Shown here: positions 15,239 to 25,963 of the stretch, in pieces
Layout: the number at the start of each line of letters is the position of its first letter
How positions within the stretch are numbered: position 1 is the stretch's first letter
From: a virus
Reading direction: 5' to 3' (one strand)
Length of the DNA stretch: 64,000 nucleotides
Virus record (IMG/VR): IMGVR_UViG_3300021963_000030
Made by a program: the position numbers and the translations under genes
The notes under the pieces: generated by a model
What the model saw: only the letters and a program-made list of their open reading frames with translations
The model's database searches: none
What the model was told of the DNA's origin: nothing

Positions 15239-15579
15239 TTACAACTATATTAGTTATACTCCTTTTACTATCGGTTGGAGCTTCTATCTTTTTTTACATT
15301 AGTCTTAAAAAGGCTTTAGAACGTATAGATTTGTTAGAGTCTGAACTGGATACTGTCGAAAAATTGAATAATGATCTTGGTAAATGGGTCATTGATTTCA
15401 GAAAACTTGTATCTAATGTATACAAAAAGTTGAAAAGTGTTGACGAACGTGGTATATTTGAAAAAGATGATGACGTTGGCTTTCTTTTTCAAGAGATGTT
15501 AAGCATCATCGATGAATGCAACAAAAGGATAACAGATAATGACGACTATTTCAGTGATGAAGAACAAAACAAAAAGTAA
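15235..15579 (+). CDS. Membrane-anchored coiled-coil protein
   Basis: N-terminal hydrophobic helix followed by a coiled coil. Confidence 0.8.
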   Translation: MITTILVILLLLSVGASIFFYISLKKALERIDLLESELDTVEKLNNDLGKWVIDFRKLVSNVYKKLKSVDERGIFEKDDDVGFLFQEMLSIIDECNKRITDNDDYFSDEEQNKK

Positions 15580-16537
15580 AACTTTACCTTCCAAAAAGAA
15601 GAGTGATTCTGTTCTTTCTAAAAAAACAAAGAAACAGAAGCTTAAGGTTGTGTATGATGTAAAGATCAAAAAGCCAAAGTCTGTTACTAAACAAAAAAAG
15701 AACACATCGGGTCAAACAGATTTAAGTTCCCGTATCACTATTGAAGTGAAACGAGACTCAGATGTTGATATCATACCCAAATCAACTAATATAGACAACG
15801 TTGATGATGAAACCGTTACACTTGACGATGAACCAAAGAAGGTTCGTCGTCGTGGTAGAAACAAGAAGGAAAAGATATACTTCAGCAAAGCTACTGAAGA
15901 AGCCATTATCGAATACAACGAAGAAACAGACTTTGACATAAGAAATACTATCTACAACGAACGTATCAAGTTTAGCTTTGAAAAGTTGGTAGAAAACATC
16001 TACAATACGTTCAAGTTCACGTATTTTGACAATGGTCCACTTGAAGTTCAAAAAGAAACTGTGGCTCATCTTGTTGCCAACATACATAAGTTTCAAGCTG
16101 GTAAAGGTAAAGCATTTAGTTATTTCAGTATTGTTGCCAAGAACTATTTGATTTTCCACAATAATAACAACTATAAACGTTTTAACCAACACGTTGATAT
16201 TAGTGAAACTCCATCAGAAGATACCGTGTGTTTACAAACCGAAGATGCACACCACAAGGATGTTCAAACACAAGAGATGATGAAGTTGTTGATTGATTAT
16301 TGGGAAAAGAATATCACCAAGATCTTCAGCAAAGCCAAGGATCTAAACATAGCATATGCTGTGATTGAATTGTTCCGTAATTGTGATAGAATCGAAAGCT
16401 TCAATAAGAAAACTCTTTATTTGTATATTCGTGAAATAAGCAATTGTAAAACTCAACAGATTACCAAGGTATTGAATAAGATGAAGAGTTATCAAGTTGC
16501 AGTTATGAAAAATTACATGAACCGTGGAACGGTGTGA
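15557..16537 (+). CDS. Probable late-transcription sigma factor (gp55-like) with a basic N-terminal extension
   Basis: YFSKATEEAIIEYN..FEKLVENI..KAFSYFSIVAKNYLI resembles sigma region 2 of T4-like late sigma factors. Confidence 0.6.
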   Translation: MKNKTKSKTLPSKKKSDSVLSKKTKKQKLKVVYDVKIKKPKSVTKQKKNTSGQTDLSSRITIEVKRDSDVDIIPKSTNIDNVDDETVTLDDEPKKVRRRGRNKKEKIYFSKATEEAIIEYNEETDFDIRNTIYNERIKFSFEKLVENIYNTFKFTYFDNGPLEVQKETVAHLVANIHKFQAGKGKAFSYFSIVAKNYLIFHNNNNYKRFNQHVDISETPSEDTVCLQTEDAHHKDVQTQEMMKLLIDYWEKNITKIFSKAKDLNIAYAVIELFRNCDRIESFNKKTLYLYIREISNCKTQQITKVLNKMKSYQVAVMKNYMNRGTV

Positions 16538-16565
16538 TGTGACAGAATAAATAGTATAAAAACAA

Positions 16566-16593
16566 AACCAATCGACAAAACGGTTGGTTTTTT
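16566..16593 (+). terminator. Intrinsic terminator
   Basis: AACCAATCG/CGGTTGGTT hairpin with a T tract. Confidence 0.75.
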
Positions 16594-16606
16594 CTATTTA
16601 TTGAGT

Positions 16607-16951
16607 ATGGATACTAACTTTGAAATATACAAGGGAAAGAACTTTTCTAGTCTTTGTAAGGACATAGTAAAAAACTCAGAAAGTAAGAAGGATCAGATTG
16701 ATATTCTTATATCTGAACTACGTTCTTTGATCAAGACTGTGAATGACGCTGTTATAATTGTTCCGCTTATTAAGGATTATTATGATGTTGGTGTCAAGAA
16801 TGATGAACAACTTGTGAAATTAGCTTCGATCATTCAAAAGCTTGTGGCAAGAGGTGAAGCTAGTGGTGATGGTAATGCGATGATATTGACTGACGAAGAT
16901 AGAAAACAATTGATGGATGAAGTTGTATCTATTGCCAAAGTGTCTAAATAA
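16607..16951 (+). CDS. Conserved-looking hypothetical helical protein
   Basis: ORF after TATTTATT at 16595; ATG at 16607. Confidence 0.8.
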   Translation: MDTNFEIYKGKNFSSLCKDIVKNSESKKDQIDILISELRSLIKTVNDAVIIVPLIKDYYDVGVKNDEQLVKLASIIQKLVARGEASGDGNAMILTDEDRKQLMDEVVSIAKVSK

Positions 16952-16959
16952 AAATAATT

Positions 16960-18675
16960 ATGGCTGATTCATCAACAGACGTTTCAAGATATCTGGTAAA
17001 CAAAAATCCAGCTGGGCGAAATACAGATCCATCAAACCGAGTTGGAGACAATCCAAATTTTCAACTTGCTGTAGTGGTCGATGTTATTTTGAACGATCAA
17101 CATCCGTTCTTCAGCAAAAGTCCCGACGATCCAAGTTCTAGACCTGCGATTAATATCAATCCACAACAAATACCGGTAAACTATAAGAACGATGTTCCAA
17201 ATAGTAGAGATGTTGATTATAGTTTTATTGGTCGTGCTAAAGTTAGAATACTTGAGTTAGAGAAAAAGACTCCTTTGGAAAAGTTACCATGGGCAATACC
17301 GTTGGATAATACTATAACTCAATTCCCACTCTTGAATGAACAAGTTATGGTGATCAAGGTTGGTGGTAATTTTTATTATACAAAACCTTTCAATCGATTT
17401 AACTTTGTTGGAACCAATGTAGACTTTGTTACAGAACAAGGACTCAGTAATGACAACACTAGTGCTACTCCAGCAAATGCTGATCCATTAAGAAAAACCT
17501 ACATATCACATCCGTTTTTTAAAGCAATTACCAAGGTGGGATATTTGGGTGATTATTTTATATTGAATCCATTTGTTCGTAGTGTTAGAAAGTTTGAAGG
17601 CGACACCATTATCGAAAGTCGATTTGGACAATCAATCAGATTTACAGCTTATGACGACGTTAGAACACATGATAAGTCAATATATCCATCATACGCGATT
17701 AATTCTAACCTGTTTAGAGAATCTACTGCCGGTGGTTACGGTAATCCTCGCATAATTCTCAGAAACAGACAACGAAATATCGCTTTGGATAAACCACAAC
17801 AATTACATCCAAAGTTACCACCGATTCCCGTCATCACAGAACGTGAGAAAAATTATGGCGGTCAGATCGAAGAAGATATTAACAACGATGGAACCACGAT
17901 TGAAATAAACAGCGGAGTGCCAATAAGTAATTGGAAGACCACTGTTTATAAAAGCATGTTTGGTGTTACTAGAAATGATAGAAATCCAACTGAAGAACAA
18001 AAAAAGTTCAATCCGCCTGGATCTACCAATTTTGAGTTTCCAACATTAAATGGCGATCAACTAATATTGAACACTGATAGAATTGTTCTTAGTAGTCGAT
18101 TTGCCGAAACACTACATTTTAGTAAAAAGCGTTATGGCATTGCTACAGATGCGGAATATACCGTAGATGCAAATGATCAAATTGTTTTGACCACAAACAG
18201 AGTAGCTTGTGTAAACGCTCCACAGATATTTTTAGGACAATATGGAGAAACAAACGAACCCGCATTACTTGGACAAACTACTGTTGATTGGCTTTATGAT
18301 CTTTGCAATTGGCTTCTTGACCACGTTCATTGGTATCATCACGTTCATCCTCACCCTCACGGTCACGATGACGCTGGTCAAATCAGTCAAGAAAATACCA
18401 ACGATGCTGTTCCAGACCAAACACAGATCCCCGTTCAGCAAATAAAGTTGAGATTGTTACGTGACAATCTACACAAAGCTTTAAGTCGAAGGGTATATTT
18501 GACCGGTGGTGGATATGCGCCTGGATCAAATGGCGTTAAACCAACCAACAGTGGGGCAGAATGTGCTCCTCCTGTGATTATTAACACGGTGACGGGTGAA
18601 GGTGCTGTTGGCGACTTTAAGGGTAGAAACAGAAGAGAAGGACCAGTTCAAATTGAGTTTGAATTTACAAATTAA
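16960..18675 (+). CDS. Baseplate central spike or hub (gp5-like) with a His-rich tip motif
   Basis: N-terminal OB-like region, GDTIIESRFGQSIRF beta-repeat start, EPALLGQ and HVHWYHHVHPHPHGH; located next to gp25/gp6-like genes. Confidence 0.7.
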   Translation: MADSSTDVSRYLVNKNPAGRNTDPSNRVGDNPNFQLAVVVDVILNDQHPFFSKSPDDPSSRPAININPQQIPVNYKNDVPNSRDVDYSFIGRAKVRILELEKKTPLEKLPWAIPLDNTITQFPLLNEQVMVIKVGGNFYYTKPFNRFNFVGTNVDFVTEQGLSNDNTSATPANADPLRKTYISHPFFKAITKVGYLGDYFILNPFVRSVRKFEGDTIIESRFGQSIRFTAYDDVRTHDKSIYPSYAINSNLFRESTAGGYGNPRIILRNRQRNIALDKPQQLHPKLPPIPVITEREKNYGGQIEEDINNDGTTIEINSGVPISNWKTTVYKSMFGVTRNDRNPTEEQKKFNPPGSTNFEFPTLNGDQLILNTDRIVLSSRFAETLHFSKKRYGIATDAEYTVDANDQIVLTTNRVACVNAPQIFLGQYGETNEPALLGQTTVDWLYDLCNWLLDHVHWYHHVHPHPHGHDDAGQISQENTNDAVPDQTQIPVQQIKLRLLRDNLHKALSRRVYLTGGGYAPGSNGVKPTNSGAECAPPVIINTVTGEGAVGDFKGRNRREGPVQIEFEFTN

Positions 18676-18680
18676 ATACT

Positions 18681-20702
18681 ATGGCTGACAAACTTGTAGA
18701 TATTCTTGGATTTTTACAACCCGACTCTGGTAATAACTGGAGTGAAGGATTGTATTTGGACGGCAATGCTAAGATCATATTCGCATTTGAAGATGCGGTC
18801 CCATATGTAGGATCTGGGTTTGGATATTATTCTGCCGGTGAATCTTTGTATAGTGACAAATCATATACATACTCTCAATTATATGCATTTCTCAACGATA
18901 GAAAATTATTGCCTGACGTTCCAGACAAAACCAATCTACCTCCAGTTATAGTAGGATATTCTGGACCTAACACAAATAAACAGAATATCATCGTCAACAT
19001 GAACCAAAGACCTATTTTTAGAAAGGTCTATTATTCTAAATGGCCATGTTTGAAGGAACTGGAAAAGTCTGGATTACAAAGATACTTGCTTACAGTCCAA
19101 GATCACGTTGAGAGTTATGAAAGATTTCTTCTTCGTGGTAATGTTACAGAGGCTAATAAAAGAGAAGCTTCATACATTAGAGACATGAATCTGTTGGTGG
19201 AAAACATCAAGGAAGAAGTAGATGCTGGTAGTTGGGATAAAAAGAAAATACCGGCATGTTTTCTTCCAGATCCAGATCCAGCATTGGCTGGGCCACCATC
19301 ACAAACAATTTATGGAACATTAAACAAACCACCTTCGGTTGATGATCCAAATATAAAACTTCCATCTCAGACACCAAAACAATTAGATCCAAATAAGGCT
19401 CTCACCGAGATAAATAATAAAGAAGATGATTTGGATAAAATGATGGATAAAAGCAGTGCTGATCTTGACAAACAAATGGCAAAAAGCAGTGCTGATTTAG
19501 ACAAACAGATGTCTAGTTCTGGCGATCCTTTTGCCGGAACTTCATCCGATCCATTTGAATCCACAACAACATCTACAGACCCAAATGCTACATCTACTAG
19601 CACAGTTACATCGACGGTCAAAAGCACTACAACAGAAAAGGTTACTGGAGGTGGAGCTACTATAAGAAAAAGCTTTTCTTCGGATGATCCTAGATCGAGG
19701 ATGACACAAGCAGAATTGGATGCTTTACCAAATAATGCTGGTCAGACTGAATTTAAGATTCCAGGTAAAGATTCCGTAACTACGACTACTGATTCCCTAT
19801 CTTCGACTGTAAATCAAGTTAAAACTCCTAGTGGTTCTGAGGTTGTATCTAAACTAGAAACCGAGTCAAAGATAAAAGTTGAAACACCAAAACTACCAAA
19901 AGTAGAACAACCAAAATTTGTTAAAGATGGTCTTGGAGATAATTGGAGTCCAGACAAATACAAACCAGAAACAATTGCTGGCAATACTAAGTTTGTCGAT
20001 CCAGCAACGGGAGGAATTGGTTCTACGGAAAAAATAGCAGCCGTAGACAAGTTGAAAAGTTCAATTCCAGATGTTCCAAAGCCGAACCTACCATCTTTAC
20101 CAGCAAATCCAGTTCCCGAAACTGTGTCCAATGCTGATGCTGCTTTGTCTAAGTTGTCAAATACTGGTGTGGGATCGTTAAATGCAAATAATGCAATAAC
20201 TCCGCCAAACACATTGGTTCAAGCCGCAACTGGTGGATTAGTAGGAGGTGGGCTTGGTGCAGGAGTAGGTGCTTTAGCAGGTGGAGGACAAGGTGCATTA
20301 ATAGGAGGATTATCTGGTGCTGCTTTGGGTGGTGGTTTAGCCCTCGGCGGTATTGGTGGAGGTGCCTTAGCCGGCGCGGGATTAGGTGGTGGCATTGGTG
20401 CGTTAGCCGGAGGTGGTCGAGGTGCGTTGATTGGAGCAGCTGCTGGTGGGACATTAGGAGCAGCAGCGGCTAAACTTGCGTTGGTGAAGAAAGGTATGCC
20501 TAAACCAAAAATACCAAAACCACCAAGCGCACCCCGTTTAAAGAAGGTCAAGGTTAAAGCGCCTTCTAATACAAAGGGTGCTGAAGATCTATTAAATCTA
20601 CAAAAATCAAAACTAGCAGCTTCAAAAGCACAAGTTGATTCTCAAATAACTTCGAATATTAATACAAATCAATTAAATTCATCATTTGGAGGACTAGCAT
20701 AG
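18681..20702 (+). CDS. Baseplate-region protein with glycine-zipper repeats
   Basis: About 80-aa GxxxG/AxxxG segment near the C-terminus; KSSADLDKQM duplication. Confidence 0.75.
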   Translation: MADKLVDILGFLQPDSGNNWSEGLYLDGNAKIIFAFEDAVPYVGSGFGYYSAGESLYSDKSYTYSQLYAFLNDRKLLPDVPDKTNLPPVIVGYSGPNTNKQNIIVNMNQRPIFRKVYYSKWPCLKELEKSGLQRYLLTVQDHVESYERFLLRGNVTEANKREASYIRDMNLLVENIKEEVDAGSWDKKKIPACFLPDPDPALAGPPSQTIYGTLNKPPSVDDPNIKLPSQTPKQLDPNKALTEINNKEDDLDKMMDKSSADLDKQMAKSSADLDKQMSSSGDPFAGTSSDPFESTTTSTDPNATSTSTVTSTVKSTTTEKVTGGGATIRKSFSSDDPRSRMTQAELDALPNNAGQTEFKIPGKDSVTTTTDSLSSTVNQVKTPSGSEVVSKLETESKIKVETPKLPKVEQPKFVKDGLGDNWSPDKYKPETIAGNTKFVDPATGGIGSTEKIAAVDKLKSSIPDVPKPNLPSLPANPVPETVSNADAALSKLSNTGVGSLNANNAITPPNTLVQAATGGLVGGGLGAGVGALAGGGQGALIGGLSGAALGGGLALGGIGGGALAGAGLGGGIGALAGGGRGALIGAAAGGTLGAAAAKLALVKKGMPKPKIPKPPSAPRLKKVKVKAPSNTKGAEDLLNLQKSKLAASKAQVDSQITSNINTNQLNSSFGGLA

Positions 20703-20759
20703 TGATTGATACAAGATAAATTTTGTGAAATACCAAACAACCTAATAATTATATATAAT

Positions 20760-21212
20760 ATGAAACTAGATGCTCTAAAAGAATACATTAGACAAGAAGT
20801 AAGAAATGCGGTCAGAGAAGAAGTTAAAAACTGTTTATTTGAAGCATTTTCCAAAGAATCATCTTCAAAACTTGACCAACGTGTGTCTGCGTCTGAACCA
20901 ACTTCGTTTACATCATTGGTGGAAGAGGTAACAGAACAACCATCGGAACAACATCAGTCAAAGAAGAAATTTGTCAAATATACCAACAATCCAGTATTGA
21001 ATCAAATTTTGAATGAGACTACGGGTGGAGTTCCTCAAGAAGGTGGATTGGCTGGTATCATGGGTAGTGGAGAACCAAGTGTGGTTGACAAATTGAACGA
21101 ATCTGTTATTGAAAAAGCTCCAGAACCAGTAAAGGCTGTAGCACAGGCAGTCACCAGAGATTATAGAGCTTTATTGAAGGCTGTTGATAAGAAACGTGGT
21201 GAGAAAAAGTAA
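20760..21212 (+). CDS. Hypothetical virion protein (start revised to ATG 20760)
   Basis: MKLDALKEYIRQEVRNAVREEV N-terminus; LNQILNET motif. Confidence 0.75.
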   Translation: MKLDALKEYIRQEVRNAVREEVKNCLFEAFSKESSSKLDQRVSASEPTSFTSLVEEVTEQPSEQHQSKKKFVKYTNNPVLNQILNETTGGVPQEGGLAGIMGSGEPSVVDKLNESVIEKAPEPVKAVAQAVTRDYRALLKAVDKKRGEKK

Positions 21213-21218
21213 TAACAT

Positions 21219-21620
21219 ATGGCTAAACAAATACTTGGATTAAAGTTACCTATACGATTGGGTCAAGATGGATATTTTGAGACCAATACTGCTACTATTG
21301 ACCAAGTATCTTCCAACATAAAGAACTTGTTGTTGACCAAACCAGGCGAACGTAGGTTCAATAACGAGTTTGGGTCTGGTTTATATGAATTACTTTTTCA
21401 ACAAAATGAAGTTGAGGTAAATCCAAGTATCATCGTTGATGTAGTTCAACGTGATATTACAAAGTTTTTGAATGGTGTTATCGTGAATGATGTAAAGGTT
21501 CAAATAGCATCCACTCAAAACGAAAATACTGATGCAAATACAATATTTATAAGTGTGGTGTTCACTTATAACAAGATTACCTCTACTACTGAGGTGGAAC
21601 TTACTAATAACAGAATCTAA
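21219..21620 (+). CDS. Baseplate wedge subunit, gp25-like
   Basis: QVSSNIKNLLLTKPGERRFNNEFGSGLYELLF gp25/GPW signature. Confidence 0.9.
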   Translation: MAKQILGLKLPIRLGQDGYFETNTATIDQVSSNIKNLLLTKPGERRFNNEFGSGLYELLFQQNEVEVNPSIIVDVVQRDITKFLNGVIVNDVKVQIASTQNENTDANTIFISVVFTYNKITSTTEVELTNNRI

Positions 21621-23617
21621 TGGCACAAATAATTAACAAGACTTTTAGAGCAAATACTAAAGACGTAAATTACGTTAATAGAGATTTTGCATCTTTGAAG
21701 CAACAACTCATTGACTTTACTAAGCAATACTACCCACAAAGTTATAGAGATTTTAGTGAAAGTTCTCCAGGCCAAATTTTTATCGAACAAGCTGCTTATG
21801 TAGGTGACATATTGTCATACTACACTGATCAACAGTTCAAAGAAAGTTTTGTTCAATTTGCTACAGACAGAAGAAATTTGATCAACCAAGCTAGATACTT
21901 GGGATACAAACCAAAGGTTACATCGGCAGCAGCAACCGACCTGGAACTGTTTCAGTTGGTTCCAGCAAAAAGAATTGGTGAGGTAGATGCAGAATATGTC
22001 CCAGACGACACTTATTGTTTGATATTGAAACCATATACACAATTGTCAAGTGTGTCTGGCGTGCCATTTTTGATTGAAGAGAGTGTAGATTTTAGTCAAG
22101 ATACGGTATTCTCTCCAAGAGAAGTTTCTGTTTATAACCGTGATGAAACTGGAGCACCACTATTTTATTTGATTAAAAAGACAGCTAAATCATATGCTGG
22201 TAAGTTAGTTGTAAAACAAGTTAGTGTTGGAACTGCAACTCCATTCTTACAAATCAAATTGGATGCTACAGATGTATTAAAAGTAACAAGTGTAATTGAT
22301 AGTAATAATAACAACTATTACGAAGTTCAATATCTAGCACAAGAAACCATTCCTATCTCGGTTGATAATGTTCCTCTTACAAACCAAACATTGTCTAAAT
22401 ACAGAGGTGAAACACCAAAGTTGTTGAAGTATCTAAGAACCGAAAATCGTTTTATTACAACAATCGATGAAGATAACTTTACTTATATTCAATTTGGTGC
22501 TAACACGGAAAACTTTGATAATACAGTAATTATACCAAATCCGTCTAACGTAGGTGTATCTGTATCAAATCTAGGTAATCTTGATATAAGTTTGGATGGA
22601 ACCAATGTATTAAAGAGTAATTCATATGGTGTTTCTCCATCAAACACAACGTTGACAATTACTTACATTGTTGGTGGTGGTGTAAACTCAAACGTCAACT
22701 CTGGAGAAATCAATACGATTAGTGGAGTTAGTTTGATGAACGATATTACTGGACTAACTGACAGTCAAGTAACATTGTTCAATAATATTAGAAATTCTTT
22801 GAGGGTAAACAATCCACTATCAGCAACCGGTGGTGATGGTCCAGAGACCGATGAACAAATCAGACAAAATGCTATAGCAAACTTTTCGTCTCAAAACAGA
22901 ATTGTGACCGAAGAAGATATACTACTTCGTGTTTATTCGATGAGTCCACAATTTGGTAGTATAGCTAAAGCATATGTTCAGTCAAATGCTACGAGACAAA
23001 TAGCTTACACAGGTTTGATTAGTGGTGTGATAACTGGATCGTCAGCTCAAAATGAACTATTGAACTTGAATCCATTGAACCCACTTGATCGTAGAAAGTT
23101 CTTGGAATCAAACAATCCATTTACAAACAATTTGTATATTCTAGGATACAATATTGATAAAAAACTCACACCATGTAATGAAGCTACTTTGTTGAACTTG
23201 AAGAATTATTTGAGTCAATACAAGATTCTTACTGACCGTTTCAACGTGATTGACGGTTATGTAATCAACATTGGAGTTGAATTTAAAATTACAGTCTTTG
23301 CTGGATTCAATAAACGTGATGTGTTGAATGAATGTATTGCTTCAGTTCAAGCATTTTTTAATATCGATAACTGGGGATTCAATCAACCAATCAATTTGAG
23401 TCAATTAACATTCGAAATAATGAAGAACGAGGGAGTTCAATCTGTTACGGATGTCAGCATTAAGAATTTGACTTATGATATTGATGGATCTCAATATTCA
23501 CCTATAGCATATGATATTCAGATTGCTACACAAAACAACATCGTGTATCCTTCAAAAGATCCATCGATTTTTGAGGTTAAGTTTCCAGATACCGACATTA
23601 AAGGATTAGTAGTATAA
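21620..23617 (+). CDS. Baseplate wedge subunit, gp6-like
   Basis: YVNRDFASLKQQLIDF..YVGDILSYY; GGDGPETDEQIRQNA..QNRIVT BaseplateJ/gp6 motifs. Confidence 0.9.
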   Translation: MAQIINKTFRANTKDVNYVNRDFASLKQQLIDFTKQYYPQSYRDFSESSPGQIFIEQAAYVGDILSYYTDQQFKESFVQFATDRRNLINQARYLGYKPKVTSAAATDLELFQLVPAKRIGEVDAEYVPDDTYCLILKPYTQLSSVSGVPFLIEESVDFSQDTVFSPREVSVYNRDETGAPLFYLIKKTAKSYAGKLVVKQVSVGTATPFLQIKLDATDVLKVTSVIDSNNNNYYEVQYLAQETIPISVDNVPLTNQTLSKYRGETPKLLKYLRTENRFITTIDEDNFTYIQFGANTENFDNTVIIPNPSNVGVSVSNLGNLDISLDGTNVLKSNSYGVSPSNTTLTITYIVGGGVNSNVNSGEINTISGVSLMNDITGLTDSQVTLFNNIRNSLRVNNPLSATGGDGPETDEQIRQNAIANFSSQNRIVTEEDILLRVYSMSPQFGSIAKAYVQSNATRQIAYTGLISGVITGSSAQNELLNLNPLNPLDRRKFLESNNPFTNNLYILGYNIDKKLTPCNEATLLNLKNYLSQYKILTDRFNVIDGYVINIGVEFKITVFAGFNKRDVLNECIASVQAFFNIDNWGFNQPINLSQLTFEIMKNEGVQSVTDVSIKNLTYDIDGSQYSPIAYDIQIATQNNIVYPSKDPSIFEVKFPDTDIKGLVV

Positions 23618-23618
23618 T

Positions 23619-25484
23619 ATGCACACATTTATTTATCCATCACAAGATACCTACATCAATAACTCAAAGGTTTATAAAAACAGAAACTTTGGTATTGATG
23701 AAATATTGGAGGTGTATGCTAGTAACGATGGTAACAAGTTGGTATACACCGATCCAATTTGGAGAACACCTCCTCAAAACAGTTCGTCATATGGTAATGA
23801 AGGTTGGTTAGCTTATACAACTGCAAGTTTTTACGTGTATTCAGGTAGCCTTTGGAGAGAATTTCCTTTAGCCACATCTGTTGCTGAAACTGCTATCGCA
23901 ATTGCATCTTTCACAGGTAGATTTTCAAATGTAACTACAGCACCAAGAGTTGCACTATATGTTTCTGGTTCGTCTGATTACGCATCTGGATCATTTAGTG
24001 GAAGTTATTATTTTGTAAGCAACTTGACTATAAACGGTCAATTATCGACGGGTAGTTTTACAGGTGTTATTTATAGTGGTTCAACATTTGCAAACCTAGA
24101 TGTTAATGGTGTAAACTATACATCATCTCCATTGACACAATCTTTAACTGGCAGTGGTAGTGTTGGAGGATTTGATGGTAAGTTGTTTGGAACGTCTTGC
24201 ACTGGTTATGGTCCACTTTGTATGTTGGATGGAACATTTAGTGGAAGTGTAACTGGTTCAAACTTTGCGGGTGTGGTATCAACGATCACATCAAGCAACA
24301 GTTATTACTTGGATGTTGCTAATTTTGAGGGATATTTCAAGGGTGAATATAGTGGTTCTATAACACCACCAACTTATCTATATTATCTATTGAGACCAGA
24401 GTTTTCAAGAACTGTGGTTCAATTTGATATAACAAATATTAGTGCTTCGATTGCAAAGAATGAATTGTCAAGTTCAAATATCAGATTCACATTGAACTTA
24501 ACAGCATGTGGTCAAAGAAACTTGCCTTTAAATTATACGATTTATGCTTATCCAGTTAGTCAAAGTTGGGATAACGGAAATGGTCGTTGGGCTGATGGTG
24601 GGACAACGATGGGTGCAAGTTGGAATTTTAGAGACTATTCTGGTAGTAATGCGTGGTATGTTCCATTCACTGGTTCTTACCAACAAATTGATTATCTACT
24701 CACATCATCATATCAAACCGCAAGTTTTCAAAATGGTGGAGGAACTTGGTATTACGACGTTCCATCAACATATTCTGATGTAAATTTCTGGTTTTGTTCT
24801 TCATCAGCATTTCCACCATTGAGCGGATCTGGGTTGATTTGTAGTCAATCATATACTTTGGGTCAACAAGGTGATATTACAATGGATGTAACCCAAATCG
24901 TTCGTTCTTGGATATGTGGTTGTATTCCAAATAACGGAATTATACTTTTATCTTCGTTGGAGTTGACTGTGCCTCCGGTTGGTAAAACAAACGGATTACT
25001 ACAATTCTTCAGTAAAGAAACCAACACAATCTATAGTCCATATATTGATGTTGCGTGGGATGATACAAATTTCAACACGGGTAGTTTGGCACCTGTTACT
25101 GGTTCTATCCAGAACTTGATCACTCTACAACAGTTGAAAGATACATACAAAGCGGGTAGTTTGCCAAAAGTATTTGTGTTTGCAAGAGATCAATATCCCC
25201 TCAAGAACTTCCAAAAGGCATATCAACAACCTGTAATGATAACACCTAAGTATCTACCTACTTCATCGTATTATCAGATAACAGATGCTGAATCTGGTCA
25301 GGTTTTTATAGATTTCGATCAATATTCCAAACTCAGCTGTGATCCTAACCAAGGAAATTATTTTAAGTTTGATACCACTGGATTGCCACAAGAACGATAT
25401 TTCAAGATATTTATAAAGGCGGAGTATCCAGATGGAACGGTGGACATTGTGGACACCGAGAAGGTATTCCAAATTGTAAGATAA
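23619..25484 (+). CDS. Baseplate or tail-associated structural protein
   Basis: Location; SRTVVQFD..SQSWDNG..NNGIIL..FFSKETNTIYSPYI resembling carbohydrate-binding or DNRLRE-like domains. Confidence 0.6.
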   Translation: MHTFIYPSQDTYINNSKVYKNRNFGIDEILEVYASNDGNKLVYTDPIWRTPPQNSSSYGNEGWLAYTTASFYVYSGSLWREFPLATSVAETAIAIASFTGRFSNVTTAPRVALYVSGSSDYASGSFSGSYYFVSNLTINGQLSTGSFTGVIYSGSTFANLDVNGVNYTSSPLTQSLTGSGSVGGFDGKLFGTSCTGYGPLCMLDGTFSGSVTGSNFAGVVSTITSSNSYYLDVANFEGYFKGEYSGSITPPTYLYYLLRPEFSRTVVQFDITNISASIAKNELSSSNIRFTLNLTACGQRNLPLNYTIYAYPVSQSWDNGNGRWADGGTTMGASWNFRDYSGSNAWYVPFTGSYQQIDYLLTSSYQTASFQNGGGTWYYDVPSTYSDVNFWFCSSSAFPPLSGSGLICSQSYTLGQQGDITMDVTQIVRSWICGCIPNNGIILLSSLELTVPPVGKTNGLLQFFSKETNTIYSPYIDVAWDDTNFNTGSLAPVTGSIQNLITLQQLKDTYKAGSLPKVFVFARDQYPLKNFQKAYQQPVMITPKYLPTSSYYQITDAESGQVFIDFDQYSKLSCDPNQGNYFKFDTTGLPQERYFKIFIKAEYPDGTVDIVDTEKVFQIVR

Positions 25485-25485
25485 T

Positions 25486-25962
25486 ATGGCTGACATAGTA
25501 GTCGAATATACAGTAGGTCTTAAACAGTTACAGACTTTTAAGGATCTAGGTCAGTTTCCGAATAACATAGATTCATTCGGAAACTTTCAACTCATTTTTA
25601 ATGATAATAAGACTGACGATGGTAAGTTTTACTATACAGATATTTCGTTAAAAACCCTAGAATACAATTCTGATAAGATCTTGGATACCAATCCTACTGG
25701 ATTTAGCGAACTACAAAGCACTCAACAAGAAGAAGCACAAGATATCACTACTATTTTACAACAATATAATGAATCTATTGCTGAAAATAGAATCTTGAAT
25801 GAAACGGTCAACTCGTTGGTTGAGAAGTATGAAAACAACGATGACAAACAAGTTATTTCAGCTATGAAATCTGAAATTATTGACCTGAGAATCAAACTTG
25901 GTCAAGGAAATGTCCCGTCTGATTTCAGTGATGATTTTCCATTTTTACCATTAACATCATAA
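25486..25962 (+). CDS. Hypothetical structural-module protein with coiled coil
   Basis: ORF packed within the baseplate operon. Confidence 0.75.
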   Translation: MADIVVEYTVGLKQLQTFKDLGQFPNNIDSFGNFQLIFNDNKTDDGKFYYTDISLKTLEYNSDKILDTNPTGFSELQSTQQEEAQDITTILQQYNESIAENRILNETVNSLVEKYENNDDKQVISAMKSEIIDLRIKLGQGNVPSDFSDDFPFLPLTS

Positions 25963-25963
25963 T

